From Vicugna vicugna (Eukaryota), in NCBI GenBank assembly GCA_013265495.1, contig MU060485.1:1518599-1582598 (forward strand): a stretch of DNA of 64,000 nt, given 5' to 3'. Below, in pieces: positions 13,148 through 26,206 of the stretch. The notes below the pieces were generated by a model that was not told the origin of the DNA, searched no databases, and saw nothing but the letters and a program-made list of their open reading frames with translations. The number at the start of each line of letters is the position of its first letter. Within the stretch, counting starts at the first letter, position 1. Made by a program: the position numbers and the translations under genes.

Positions 13148-14309
13148 GCAGTTCTTATGTCAGTCACTTGTGATGATTTATTCACACCTGTAGCTTCTGG
13201 ATAATGTTGAGGGGTTAATTACACCTCAGATCTGTCCTGTTGAGGCTGCAGACTGTCTCCTTAGTCTCATCTCTTACCCTGGCACTCTCTACATTATTTT
13301 CTAGTTACATTGGACTGTTTGCTTTGCCTTGGCAGTTGCATTTTCTCAAGTCTCCTTGTACTTGGAGTTTGGTGTTTCCACACACTGTAAAGCTGTTTCA
13401 CATATAAGCCTGGCTAACGCCTATGGATTTTCTTGAATTTGATTGCTCCTTCAAGGAAACTGCATTCGCTCTCTACCAGCACTCAGACCCCACCTGAGAT
13501 TTGTGCTCCTCCTGTCTGTCCCTTGTTCGTTTAACTATCATCCACTACATTGGAAACACTTTCCGGATAGGAATTGTACCTTTTATTTATCAGCCTGTCA
13601 CTCTCAGCTGTTCTGGGCACACTGCATGTCAGTCAGCGTTTGTGCAACGAAGCGATGGAGGAAACTAAGGGCCAAGCTGGGAGGGACTTGGAAAGGGGCC
13701 TTCGGAGGGGCCAGCCCTCTGCGCTCCGAGGAGATAGCTCAGTCTTTGAGTAATGGTTCATTTTTGTGTTTTTCTGTTTGCTGCCCTTTCTCTGCCTCGA
13801 TAGTGAATTAAATCTTTCTTTAAAGTCCTGGCCTCCCTCAACTATTCTTAGAAGAAAACAGAAGAGATTTTGACGTACTTTGGACAGAGCAGAAGAAGGG
13901 CACCCCACACCTCTGGGGCTAGTGAGATGGTGGAGCAGTAATGAAATGAGAGACTCCCAGGCGGGGAGAAGAGACTCCTGGGGAGAGTGGCCAGCCTGCT
14001 GGCTTGGCTATTTTCCCCCATGGAAAAGCCTGGGGGTTTGAGGGTTTGTTTCAATGAAGAAAACCCTGTTTTCTTAGAGTGCCTTGTTAGCTCCTACTTT
14101 GGGCCACATCCTCCTCTCTGCCAGGCTGTTGAGAGCCACCGTGTGGTCCTTCGGTTCCCAGAGAAGCCTCTCTGAGAGGCTGGAGCCTGCCTGGCTTCCT
14201 GCACCTGCGATGGGCGGGCTCTTCTCCAGGCAGCAGTCGCTTACCCAGGGCGTTTACCCTCGCAGGTGCTGAGTGGTGATGGCTGATAAAGACTAAGATG
14301 CCATGTTTC

Positions 14310-14800
14310 ACAGGGGCAGCTTCACTCTAAAACTTAGTGCTTTAATACAACAATCATTTGGTCTTCTCTCATATTTTTGTGTGTTTACTGTGTTAAGCTG
14401 GCCATTTTTCTGCTGGTCTCTCTTGAGATTTCTCAGAAGGATGCGATCAGATGACGTTCACATCATTGTCTGCAGGCTAGTGGGATTGTCTGGAAGCTGG
14501 CCTGAGATCCTGGGATGTCTGGACCTCCCTCTTTCTCCATGTAGTCTCAGGGCTTCTCCTCTTGTGGGAGCTGGACCAGGGGAGCTGACTTCTTAGGTGG
14601 CAGCTCAGAGCTACCAAAAGTGAGCAAGGAGCAGAAGTTGTGAGTCCTCTTCAAGTCTAGGTACAGAATGCTCACAAAGTCACTTCTGCTGCATCTGTGG
14701 GTTAATGGAAGTCACCAGGCAGCTCAGGTTTAATGTGGGAAGGACCACACAAGGTCATGAATACCACAGGGCAGAATTCCTTGGGGACATCTTTTAAGAT
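14310..14800 (-). mobile_element. Old MLT1 (MaLR) solo LTR
   Basis: acaacaatcatt.., ctctttctccatgtagtctcagggcttctcc, cacaaagtcacttctgctgcat, gggaaggaccacacaagg..atgaatacc. Confidence 0.7.
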
Positions 14801-15968
14801 TAGTTAATAGTTAATAGGCCATAGGATACTTGCATATTAATAAGTGACAGATATTTTAAAAATAACTTTAACTACTAATACTGTGGTGTGTTTCTTCCTT
14901 CTTGTGAAACTCTCTTCCTTTCGGCTTCCAGCTTTAATTCTCTCACCTTCGCTCAGCACTGTCCCCATCACGTCTGTCTTGTGACCTTACTCCTCTTCCT
15001 TACTTTCACTGTTTCTGCTTCCTTTATCTCCCCCCAAACAAAGGGGGAGACCCAGCCTCCGGGCCCTGTCCCTCTCTCTCATCAGCCTTCCACTGTCTCC
15101 CCTTCCCGGAGCTCTCTCATGATTTCTCCTTCACTTTCTTGACCAGGCCCATTTTGCATCACTTCTCCTGTGCATCCCACGCGTTGGGTGTTTTGAACAT
15201 TTGTAATTCGTTCTCATCTTTGTGCTGTGACACTTCCTGTTCTTCTCACAAGAAGGTGGGACTATATTTCTCAAATGCTCAGTAACCTCCATTCTGCCCT
15301 TGGGACAAGCCTTGTTCCCATTTTAATTCTCTACCATTGTTCTTTCAACTCACTCCCACCTGCTCTGCTGTCTCCTTTCTCTGAGCTCTGCTGGTAGACG
15401 TATTGTGTTAGAGCCACTTTTCACTAAGCACTTTCCTTTGTGCTTTACCAACAGATGTGCTTCTTGAGGTTAGAAACCATGGCTAATTGTCCTTAGCAGC
15501 TATCACTCGGTCAGTGTCCAGCTCAGGGCTGACCATGTAGTGGGGCTCTAATATGAGTGGATCAATTACACAAACTTGCAGTGAGCCTTTTCTGGGTCAT
15601 CACGTCTCATCAGTGGAATTCTCAGGATAACTAAAGGTAACAAGGAAAAATAGAGGCTTCTCAATGTCTCCAATTCCCATATGAGGTGTTTTCTACTTTG
15701 GTTCTGGATATTGGAAAATAAGAGTAACTAGTATTTTTATGGAATTCACAGCGTATGAAGCACAGTCACTGACATTCACTTATTCACAATTTTCTAACTT
15801 CCTCCAGAATTGCTATGCATGTTGGGGCTAGAGGTATAATGTGTGATGATGGGATAAATGGAGGAAGTAGGGATGGGGAAATTTGGGTTTAAAAAATGTT
15901 CTAGAGGAGATTATTCCTTGTATTGGCCCTAAGGAAGGCTATCTCTTGGAGTGTTATTTTGAGAAGCA

Positions 15969-15971
<3 letters not shown>

Positions 15972-16012
<41 letters not shown>
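15972..16012. repeat. (CA)20 microsatellite
   Basis: Perfect dinucleotide run. Confidence 0.97.
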
Positions 16013-16015
<3 letters not shown>

Positions 16016-17739
16016 GAGAGAGACAGGGTTTGCTTCTTTAATTTTCAGCCAAAAAGATAATTCCAGATATACAGACATATAAGGAATAGATATCAGTATT
16101 GGTCAGCCCTCAGGAACCAGGAACCAAAAGACTTCAGTCTTTCAAGATCCAGAGGGATTTTGAACCCGTCTTCCTCAAGCCAGCTCGTATGGCTTAATAG
16201 TCTTCCTGTTATAAGAATGGGGCAGATGACACAAAATTTCAGTTGTGAAAGGCAGCAAAACTGAAGCGAGAGAAAAGTAACATTGGAAATGAAAAATGTG
16301 TTAGTGCAAAAACTGGAGAGCTGAGGCTTTTGCACCAGACTGTGGATGCTGATTTTTAAGATTATGTCGCCACCTAGTAAGTCAGCATAGAAATACACCC
16401 ACAGCTAATGGCCACCTCAGCCTGATGCTGAACGCTGCTCCTCTGGTTAGCAGTCCCTGCGGGCACCTTTCTAAACATCTGCTAGCACAAGAGGGCAAGT
16501 GTACGACCTGCCCCAGCATCTCGAGTTCTCAGTTTTCAGCCCCTGCACACATTCTCCTGCTGATCCAGGCTCATGTAACGGAGAAGTCAGCAGCACATAC
16601 TTGAGACATGAAAATGTGTCAGGAATTTCTCTCCATCTCTGTTACCTACCCTTGAAAAATGATTGGTTAAAAACACGCATATTATCACTTGCCTACTGTA
16701 AATAATTTTAACTCTGAGTTGTTCACTGGTGAAAACATTTTGCGTTTTCTATTTTCATTTCTGCCTAGTAAAAGAAGTGGTCTAATCATGGTATTTCTTT
16801 GTGAGGAAGCATTGGAATTATGGAATTACAAACACTAAACAGAGAACCCAACGTTTTAGTTGTTAAAGCCGCATCTTTAGTTTTTCTGTTATTTTAAAAA
16901 CCTCTTGTTTCTCCTGCAGTGGTTGTTTGCACTGAATACTTGATCGCTCCCCCTGATTTGGTTTTTATAAGGAGATCATTAGCTTAATAAAATATTACAC
17001 AGGGTTTTAAGGTTTGGTGTCTACAGATGATTGGTTACCAGGGGTGGCATCCTGGCTGTATATATACTCCTTGCTAATCTCAATTTTTTCCTCTGTGAAA
17101 TGGGGACAATAGTATATACAATACTGGACTTTTTGGATGATTAAACTAAGGTGAAGTGCTAAAAAATATTAGCTATTATATTAACAACAAAAATACATTG
17201 ATTAAGAAATGGTAGAAACCAAGAATAGAAACTAATTTCATCTTGCCACTCACAATAGATCAAATACTTTAGACAAATAAATAGAGCAGAGAGAGGGGGC
17301 ATATAGTCTGAGACCAGGAAACCATCCACTTTTTAAAACTCCAAGTGATTACATTTAAAAAAGTATTAGATGTTAATGATTATAAAATTGATTAAATTCA
17401 AGTGCTTAAAAAGCCTTGGAAATGCACCCCCATTCTTTTTTTCTATACTTTGTTCCTTCCTTATAGAAAACTATCCTGATTTCAGCCCTCCAAATAGTAT
17501 CTGCTCTTTACTTTAAGGACCATTTAGAATATTTTGACTGAAGGAACCAAGAGATTAGGGTAGAAAGTAGGGGAGGGGGCATTTTTGTTTTGGGAGCCTT
17601 TAACATTGGGGCTGTCAGTCATAGAACCATCAATTTTACTTCAGACATAACAGAGTCTGCCATTTGTCTTTTAATAGCCAGTTTTATTTTTTCCTTAAGA
17701 AAAATTTGGCTGACACATAACTACATAGCTAAATATGTC

Positions 17740-18100
17740 TGGTTTCCTCCTGAAATAAATGTGGCTTTTGGACTTGTGATATGTCTAGCTTCTGGGTCAT
17801 CCCCTTATGAAGAACACATGTGCTCTCCTCCCTTACCTCTTTCTCCTTTTCTCCTGACTGGGATGTAGATATGATGGCAGGACTAAAGCAGCTATTATGG
17901 GCCAAGAGATGAAACCTAAGTTTCAAGAGGAGCAGAGCAACAAGATAAAAGCAGCCTGGCTTCCCAGCACTGCTCATGGGCCCTAGGAGCCCTGGAGTGC
18001 CTATGTAGACTTGATGAGAGTGAAGCCAATGTCTATCTTACTTAAGCTTATATATATTTTAATTTCTTTGTCATAGCAGTCTAAACTGTATTATAACAAG
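17740..18100 (+). mobile_element. Old MLT1 (MaLR) solo LTR
   Basis: ttctcctgactgggatgtagatatgatggcagga..cagctattatggg, gagcagagcaacaagataaaagcagcctgg, ttctttgtcatagcagtctaaactgtattataaca. Confidence 0.7.
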
Positions 18101-18330
18101 CTAACAGTCTCAAAGAGTAACAAGCTAGAAATATGAATGTAAAATTACAGATTTTCAGTAAGAAGCATGCAAGGAACTCCTTCCCAAAGACTGGTCCTTT
18201 AAGGATGTTGAACTAGAAAAGACTTCTCATGTATGCAGAGAGGAAAATTCTCTTCTTAATAGTTGGTAGGAGAATTCTATTGTGTGGGGCTAGGGAGGGA
18301 GGGGGTCCTGCTTTCCTTAAAAGAAGCTGT

Positions 18331-18432
18331 CGGGGGAGGGTAATAGCTCAGTGGTAGGGGCCCTTGCTTAGCATGCACGAGGTCCTGGGTTCAATCCCCA
18401 GTACCACTGTAAATTTTTTTTTTAATTGGAAA
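18331..18432 (+). mobile_element. tRNA-derived SINE, camelid vic-1 type (short form)
   Basis: ggggagggtaatagctcagtggtag..gcttagcatgcacgaggtcctgggttcaatccccagtacc; 12-bp TSD aaaagaagctgt at 18319-18330 and 18433-18444. Confidence 0.9.
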
Positions 18433-18689
18433 AAAAGAAGCTGTGAAGGAATTAAGTCAGGTAAAAGGATGGCTTGGCTGACATCCAAGTTTCACGCAGA
18501 GCAGTGAAACAACTGCATAAAAAGGAGGGGGAAAGGAGATGCTATGGCTGAGCACTGTGTGTAGAGAGAATCAGGGAAAAGGCCATGGTGGACAGACTAT
18601 AGACGGCCTTTGGGAGAAGATAAAAAACATTCATTGGGGTTTATTAAGATATTTGCTACCTGGATTACAATGTAGATATCTGTATCCTC

Positions 18690-18915
18690 TAATAGTAACT
18701 AAGCACTCTTGAACACTTCCTATGAGCCAGACATTTTTCTAAGAGTTTTACATCTGTAAGACATGTAACCCTTACAGAAACTCCCTGAGGCAGGTGATAC
18801 TGTCATTATTTTGGTTTGCCAGATAAATAAACTGAAGCACAGAGAGGGAAATTAATTAGCAACAGTCATACCTGATGGTAATGTTTGGCATTTGAACTCA
18901 AATGTTTTGCCCTAA
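18690..18915 (-). mobile_element. MIR SINE remnant
   Basis: gaacacttcctatgagccagac..ctaagagttttaca..cagataaataaactgaagcacagagagg..atttgaactca. Confidence 0.75.
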
Positions 18916-19049
18916 CCAGTATACTCTACTGTCTTTATAAAATGCTTACGCAATTCTTTATTGCTAACCATTATTTTCAGACAAGTAGAATTTGGTGACA
19001 TAGGGGCTAGAGAAAGAGGGCAAACTGGACGCTGCTGTATTTAATTAAT

Positions 19050-19213
19050 CAGTACACATTAGCATACTAAAGGCTTCCCAGTAAATAAGTCTGCTTAACT
19101 CTGTTTAATTCAGAATTTTTCAAGTGTGCTTGATCATAGAACTATTGCATTAAGCACTGCCTGTTAATACCCCAAGAAACTAGCGTTTCACTGAACATAA
19201 TTTTTAAAATTCT
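19050..19213 (-). mobile_element. MER103C-like hAT MITE remnant
   Basis: cacattagcatactaaaggct, cttaactctgtttaattcag, gaaactagcgtttcactgaacata resemble the remembered consensus. Confidence 0.55.
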
Positions 19214-21029
19214 AGGGGAGAAAGATAATATTGATCTGGGGGATCTGGGGGTCAGGAGTTCAACCACATAGTCCTGATTTGGTGCTTATTTGATCATGTG
19301 GCTTTGAGCAAGTCACTGAAGATTTCTGGGCTTAGATTTCTTGATCTAGTAAAACAGTGGCCTTGAACTTGATGAAGAGATGACCAGTGACACCTGATCT
19401 TAAGGACCAGCCTTGTATGTGGAAAAGGCAAAGTAGAGATGCAGATACGAAGTCAGTAACTAAGTCCGTTTTTAAGCCGAAAAGGCAGAAGGTGGAGCCA
19501 GGAGACTTCCTCAAGCATTAGAGTACTGGCATCCAAGAATATATATGGTAGATGCCCCCAGAACATTTAGGTTCCACATTTAGACTTCATAAACATGAGA
19601 GTGTCACTGATTTCCATGTTAGCTCCAATCCCACTATACTTCCAATTAGTATCTTTCTCCAACTTGTGACCCAGGACATCCAACCAGTTATTTTACATTT
19701 ATCTTGTTCATGTAGAACCTTGACAAAACACTATAGGAACAAATCAAACAGAATTGACCGTTGATCCTTGGCCAGGGGTCCACGGTAGACAAGGTATTCT
19801 AGCAGAGACAGTAGCATATATACAAAGGCTTGAGTGTAAGGGATGGTTATGTAGGTTTGGTTATCTCTGAGCAGTGCCCTGGGTGAGTTCAGGGGGCCGT
19901 AGGTGTGAGTGTCAGCCAGGAAGGAGGATCACATGGAGAAGTGGCTGGAAATAAAAGCTAAGTCTGGGTGGTGGAGTTTGTACCATCATTGTATTAAGGC
20001 TGCCTTTCTCTGCATAGATTCAAGTTTTAGTTCCATCTCAGTAGGAGTTTCCAACAATTAAGCACAAAATAAAACTCCCTTCATTCTCATCAGATTGCAT
20101 GTCTTTTACTTTATCTTTCTCAGAAAAATGAAAATAGAAGTTAGGATATAATTAATTTCACAATTTGTTCTAATAGAATAATTCAGTCATCGTGGTGCTG
20201 AGATGGGATAGATCATGAATTTTCAGATGTTTGTTTATTTAGATGGAAATAGCTTCCTCTCTATAATAAGATAACTTCTACAGGAAGTTCCTCATGAGGT
20301 GGTCTGCTTTGTAGCTAGGTCTACTGCCTATGATGTCATCCTTTTGGAACTATTGCAACTAAATTCATCTCTGAGTGGGACCAGAGATTTGTGTATTAAA
20401 TATAATTGCTGCTGTTGCTGGGGACCACTGATGAAGGCAGACCTGGTGAATGCAGAGGAAACCTTGACTTAAGGAAGCAAAACACACTCCTCTTCCTGGT
20501 CTCACGTTACTGATTCAGTCTCTTTCATCCCCACCTGCTCCTTTTTTACCTCACAGTCCCACTCATCTACTCTCTCCCCACTCTGGATGCCTCCCTGTTC
20601 CCCTTACATTCCTGCCCTTTGATGCTAAGGTTTTGGAGATGCTATTTTCTCTACCTGGTCCAGGTAGGGGCTTCTCTTTGGCTGTTATAATAATGCTTTG
20701 ATACAATTTAAGTTATTCTCGACATCAATTCCTTGATGTCAATTGGTTCAGCTATTATTAGCCTTGTGGTTTGATTAGTGGAGGCGAAGGAATTGGGGAA
20801 AAAAGGAATTAGAGGGGGATAGAGAAAAGAGACTTCTCCCCAGACTTCACTTTTCAGAGATAAGCTCTGTAATCCACATCCATAACCAGCAATTTAGAGG
20901 AGAAATATCCCTTAACTGAGATCCATCTGGAGAAAAGGAAGGACGGATGGAAGAAGGGAAGGGAGGGAGAGAGGGAAAGAGAGGTGAGGGGAAGGAGCCA
21001 GGAGGAAGGAACCTTCAGGCACTCTTCTT

Positions 21030-21200
21030 CCTAAATCAGCACAAGTGATTTCATTAAATCCTTGCTACAATCCTGTGAGGTTGGAGTTGTTACTTCTATT
21101 TTCCTTTGAAATGTAGAAGACTTAAAAAGTAAATAACATTTCCAAGGTCACACAGCTAATAAGATAATGAAGCTAGAATTTGAATCCAGTGTTTTTATGT
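21030..21200 (-). mobile_element. MIR SINE remnant
   Basis: atttcattaaatccttgctacaatcctgtgagg..ccaaggtcacacagctaataag..agaatttgaatccag. Confidence 0.7.
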
Positions 21201-22379
21201 CTTAAAAGTCTACATCTCTCTTTCCATTTCAACAACTATCAACAGCTCTGGTTAATGCCTTATTACAGATGAGGTAGGAAGTAAATGAGATAAAGATGTT
21301 ATAGAGATGGTCATTTTGGTCTCTTGATTTATAGCCCAGTGTTCTAGCTCTATTGCATTTGAAATACTGTCTCTCAGATGGGAAGATACTGTCCTACATA
21401 TTTTGGTTGTGGCATCAACGTCACCTGTCTACTGAGTGGCCATCTCTTGGATTGATTTGGCTCATGACACCACTCATATTTTTTCTTGGAAATGGTTGGA
21501 AATATATAATTTTGGGCTACTGAGTATAGACCAAACAGCATGCATTACACATCATTGGGTAATTCCAGATCTTAAAATTATTCTCAGTTAAGTGCCTTGC
21601 TCCTTAGAATACACTGAGCTAAACAGAATGCACTAACCTAGATGTTAAGCTAGGAATTCAGTAAGCCATATTCTAAAAGCTCTTGAGGCTCTGGGTTCTT
21701 TGGTTATAATATTTAGAATTACTGTGATTATTTGTGACAAAATAAGGGTAATGGGGAGGAATAAAGGGGAAGGAGGAGACTTCTATAATTTTGAAGATGA
21801 TTTCAATTACAGTGACTAGTAAGGATAAGCTTGGATGTCCTAGAACATCAGTCAATAATAACAAAAAGGAACACCATAACAGCAACATTTTAAATGAGAA
21901 AATAGCTTTGCTTTATCCCACCCTCACCTATATAAAGTGTTTCAGCTTTCCAAGTGAATGAATATATAAGTTCTTAATAGAATCCTCAATAAAAAGAACA
22001 ATAAAAATAATGGAAATAAGAGTGGGATATAAATGCTTTTAAATCCACTGAAATTGAAGTGGACATGTGGTATGTAAGGGTTAACCCCTCGCCTTTAGAT
22101 TTTCTAATAAACTTGGTAACAGGCTGTTAAGAGTTCATTAGCTTGATGTTGGTTACTCATCCTTACCGTTTCTGTTCTGGGCCACGGTACAGGCACACAA
22201 ACCAAATTAACCAGCACACGAGCCCTTTATAAGAATTTCTTAAAAATAATTTGTTTAGCTTATTCACTCCCACATTTTTGAGTTCTCTGAATTATAGAAT
22301 TCTCCGAGTGAATCAGTACCCCAACTTGTTTGCCAAAATATAAAGATGAAAAGAAAAATGAGCTCTCTTACAGTACCCT

Positions 22380-22543
22380 NNNNNNNNNNNNNNNNNNNNN
22401 NNNNNNNNNNNNNNNNNNNNNNNNNNNNNNNNNNNNNNNNNNNNNNNNNNNNNNNNNNNNNNNNNNNNNNNNNNNNNNNNNNNNNNNNNNNNNNNNNNNN
22501 NNNNNNNNNNNNNNNNNNNNNNNNNNNNNNNNNNNNNNNNNNN
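22380..22543. other. Assembly gap (164 N)
   Basis: N run. Confidence 1.
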
Positions 22544-23399
22544 GAGAAATTGGGCTCCCAGTTAGAAACTTACCTATTGAGATTTGTAAGAAATTTCTGA
22601 CTTAAAAAAATTACCCCATCTTCTTTCACTATATACAGTTCTCCTCTAAATTTTCAGTTTAGAGCCATATTAATTGCTAGGTTTCCAGCAACACAAAGGA
22701 AATAATACATTTTCAGAATTAATTCATCATCATTTTCTTTTACTCGCAAATTTATTTTAGCTTTATTTAAGGTTTTAAACTTTGCAAATAGTTCACAACA
22801 TCTTATGTGGAGGGACACTGGAGCAAGAAAGATTTTGGTTCGTTAGATAATGTAGGATAGGATTTCCTGGTAGTAGAAAGTATTAAACATTACAAAACAG
22901 ATCTAGAGTAGATAGTGGAATCTTCTTCTCCAGAGGCTTTTAAATCTAAAGAAACTTCATTCGGAAGGCAAGGGGATGAACTACATCTCTGTTTCTTGAC
23001 CTGTTCCTTTCACTGAGCAATGGAAACGTTCTAAACTTGTCACCAGGCATCTGAAGGCAGTAGGGTATTGAACGTGGACACAAAAACCCAACACCAGTGG
23101 CAATGCCCTTGTTGGCCTCAGGTGACGAGGTACAGGGTATGCACACCAGGAAGGCGCCCGAGCTGAGGGCTGGCTTTAACATGAGGTAGTAGCTCACAGA
23201 AGTGATGAGGAGGGACTCTGTGCATTGTGTGGAAGGAGCCAGATGACAAAGCAGATGTGGGAGGTGTTTCCAGAGGGAAACTAATTTTTCTAAAATTGTT
23301 CATTGTAAGTCAGGGATCCTAATACTGCCTGAGATCCTAATATTTCCTGAGGGAAATAATTTTCTGGGGGAGGGGTACACAGTAGTTTTAATTTTTCAC

Positions 23400-23580
23400 C
23401 ACATTTAAATAGGACTTAGGAGCTTACAAAATGCTCTCCCATCTACAGTAGGTTGGCGAGTGAATAGAGATGGTGATTCCCATTTTATAACTGGAGGAAA
23501 TTGAGACGTGAAGTTCATTGACTTGCTCAAGGTCGTAAAGCTAGAAAATCGCCGAGAAAGATTTCAAATGCATGTTGTCT
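23400..23580 (-). mobile_element. MIR SINE remnant
   Basis: cccattttataactggaggaaattgagacgtgaagttcattgacttgctcaaggtcgtaaagctag. Confidence 0.7.
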
Positions 23581-25121
23581 GACTCTAATGTTAGTATTTT
23601 TCATATATATCTTGACATTTTTAATGGGATCAGAGTCCTTCTTTGCTGGAAAATGAGGCGTCAAAGGAAGCTCAACAATCTTCTTTCCTGAGGAGAATTC
23701 TCAAAACTGGCAGAGTAGGGTTTTTTTGTCTGTTGGTTTGGAGAGTTCAGGCTTCAATTTCCACTATTGGATCTACAAAGCCAAGGCTGTAATCTCATAC
23801 TGATAAGTAGCTTGACTGAACTTGTGTAGCCTGGATCACTGGCTCTTCAATTCCCTGTCCATCCATTGGCTCATAGGGTCAGACAGGATTTTAGGTATCA
23901 CTTAATCTGGTGCTTTGATTCACACGTGAGGAAGCTGGCCTAAAGTGATTGATCCTATGCTTATCAAATGTATATTACAAATGGACGGTTTCAGTGAAAA
24001 TGTTTGGATTGTCAAGAAAAATTCCAAAATAGAATAAAAACCACAGAAGCCCTGACCCATGTTCTGTAACAAGAGTTGAAAAGGAAATTAGTAGTTTATT
24101 AACCAGATTCTAACCTTGTTTGTAGCAAGGAGCAGCAGTATCATGATGACACATCCATGAAATGTTACACAGTGGAGTAAGAGGTGATGTATACAATTGA
24201 CCCTTGTCCTGAGAAGGATTACTCCATAAGCATTCAACAGCTGTCTCGTTAGTAGATTTCCTGATTTTTGTAGTGTTTTCTTCAGTGCTTGGTGGTCTTA
24301 CAGAGCAAGTAACTTGGAGATGAGCCTGAATTTCCAAATGAGTCATCAGGATGTATGCAAAGGGAAAGAGTGAGTATGTGAACATATATGCATGTCTTCT
24401 GCCCTATCGTTTTCTGAATCATCCATAGATTTGAGTTTGGCTTATAGCATGTTTGTTTCCCATCCCCATCTGTCCTTAAATACATTATCTGCTAATAATA
24501 GGATGTTCATTAATGCCCTGAATGGCTTACATGTGCAGTATAATTGCACCTTGCTCAGAGATTAGATTATAAATTAAAAGCAGAAAGTGAAAATCATATA
24601 CGGAGTTGCTCTTGAAATATCCCATAAAGCATACTATCAGAGCAACCTGAATTCATGCTATTCAGCTACTTTTCCTTCTTGTTTCTTGGAATGAGCACCA
24701 GATGAAGCATCTGGCTTATTTTTAGGGGCCATATGATACAAAACAAACACACACACGCAGGCCAAGACGTAGCACCATTAAACACTAGAATTAGAATCAG
24801 CACAGAGCATGTGTGCGTGCTGGGGACATGTGGGAGCCCCACCAAGCAGGTTCCTCCTCTATCTCATGATCATGCTGGAGTCACGTACTGAGTGAAATGG
24901 TGACAGCATTCACCGGAGTTATTTAAATTGTTATTTCTTTCGCCCTCTTTTGTATCGAAGTGAATAGAGTTGAATTAGCCAAGTTAAATGTGTAAATAGT
25001 ACCAGTCAGCTGTGTGCTTTTTTTTGTTTGTTTTTTTAAACACCCTCCCCAACTCTTTATGTCAACAAGTAAGTGTAAAATAAATAGAAATACTGACTAG
25101 GTCTGAGACTTTGATGGCAAA

Positions 25122-25461
25122 TGCTATGGTCTGAAGGTCACCTCGCAATTCATATGCTGCAGTCCTAACCCCCAAAGACAGTGGTATTAGGAGGCAAGCC
25201 CTTGGAGATGCCTCATCCATGATGTGGGAACCCTCACGGATGGGACTGGAGTCCTATCACAGAGGCCCCAGAAAGATGTCTAGTCTCCTCCACTGTGTGA
25301 AGATACAACAGGAAGTCTGTGACCAGGAAGAGGGTCCTCACCTGCCCACACTGGCACCTTGATCTCAGACTTCCAGCCTCTGGGACTGTGAGAAATAGAT
25401 TTCCCTTGTTTATAAGCCACCCGGTCTGGGGTGTTTCATTACAGTAGCCCAAGTGGACGCA
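25122..25461 (+). mobile_element. MLT1A-like (MaLR) solo LTR
   Basis: tgctatggtctgaa.., ggtattaggagg, ggcaccttgatctcagacttccagcctctgggactgtgagaaatagatttc..tttataagccacccggtct. Confidence 0.9.
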
Positions 25462-25914
25462 GGCAGCCACATTTGAGTTTGGCCTCCAGCATGCCCGATT
25501 CTTATCCCAGTCCACCCTTAAACAAAATCATCTGAGTAATTTGGTGAATTTGGCTATGAAGTCACTCAATAGCATAACTGATTTTAAACATGTGTTGGCA
25601 TCTTGAATATTCAGCAGCCTTATTACAAAATATACTTCCGCTCAAGGTAGGTGGTTCTTTAAATGGAATTAACTCAGGAGTGGTAGGAAGGTTGGATACT
25701 AATGGTAACAGACGTGGTTTGAGGTGGAAGCACTTACGAAGCCCTCCCCTGAACCACACGCTCCTGCATCAGGACGCACACCTTGAGCCTGGGTGGTACC
25801 CATCACTGGGTTCGGGCAGCTCTGGGCACAGGTACTAGCAAAGGCAGCAGACAGGATCTGAGCAGAGGGATGTAGGCAGAGAAGAAGCTGGCTCTGGGAA
25901 GCTGAACAATATAG

Positions 25915-26206
25915 ATTTTTTCCACCCAAAGCCCTAATAGCTCTGAAAACAATGACTTCTCCTACGTTTTCTGCAAATACATTTGGTGGGAAAATCTGAA
26001 GGGAATTCATGTGTATACTTGACCCTCTTAGAATATTCCTTTCACTGCGGAATGCTGCAGTTTTGATTACGGGTGTTGCCGCAAAAGCTGTGGGGAGGAG
26101 GGTTATGTAATGCGTGGTGTGAACACTATGGAAATTGAAATTTATAACTGGAAAAATTCTGAATTCTGAAACGCACTTGGCTTTCAAGGAAGGGATAGTG
26201 GACTTG
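25915..26206 (-). mobile_element. Tigger-type MITE remnant
   Basis: Terminal aaaaattctgaattctgaaacgcacttgg..aagggatagtggacttg and internal gattacgggtgttgccgc, gctctgaaaac match a remembered Tigger-like consensus; subfamily uncertain. Confidence 0.6.

Noticed and set aside
23315-23350. 18-bp tandem duplication gatcctaatactgcctga/gatcctaatatttcctga
   Set aside because: Only two units; an ordinary slippage duplication, not an array. No CRISPR-like repeat-spacer structure exists anywhere in the window.
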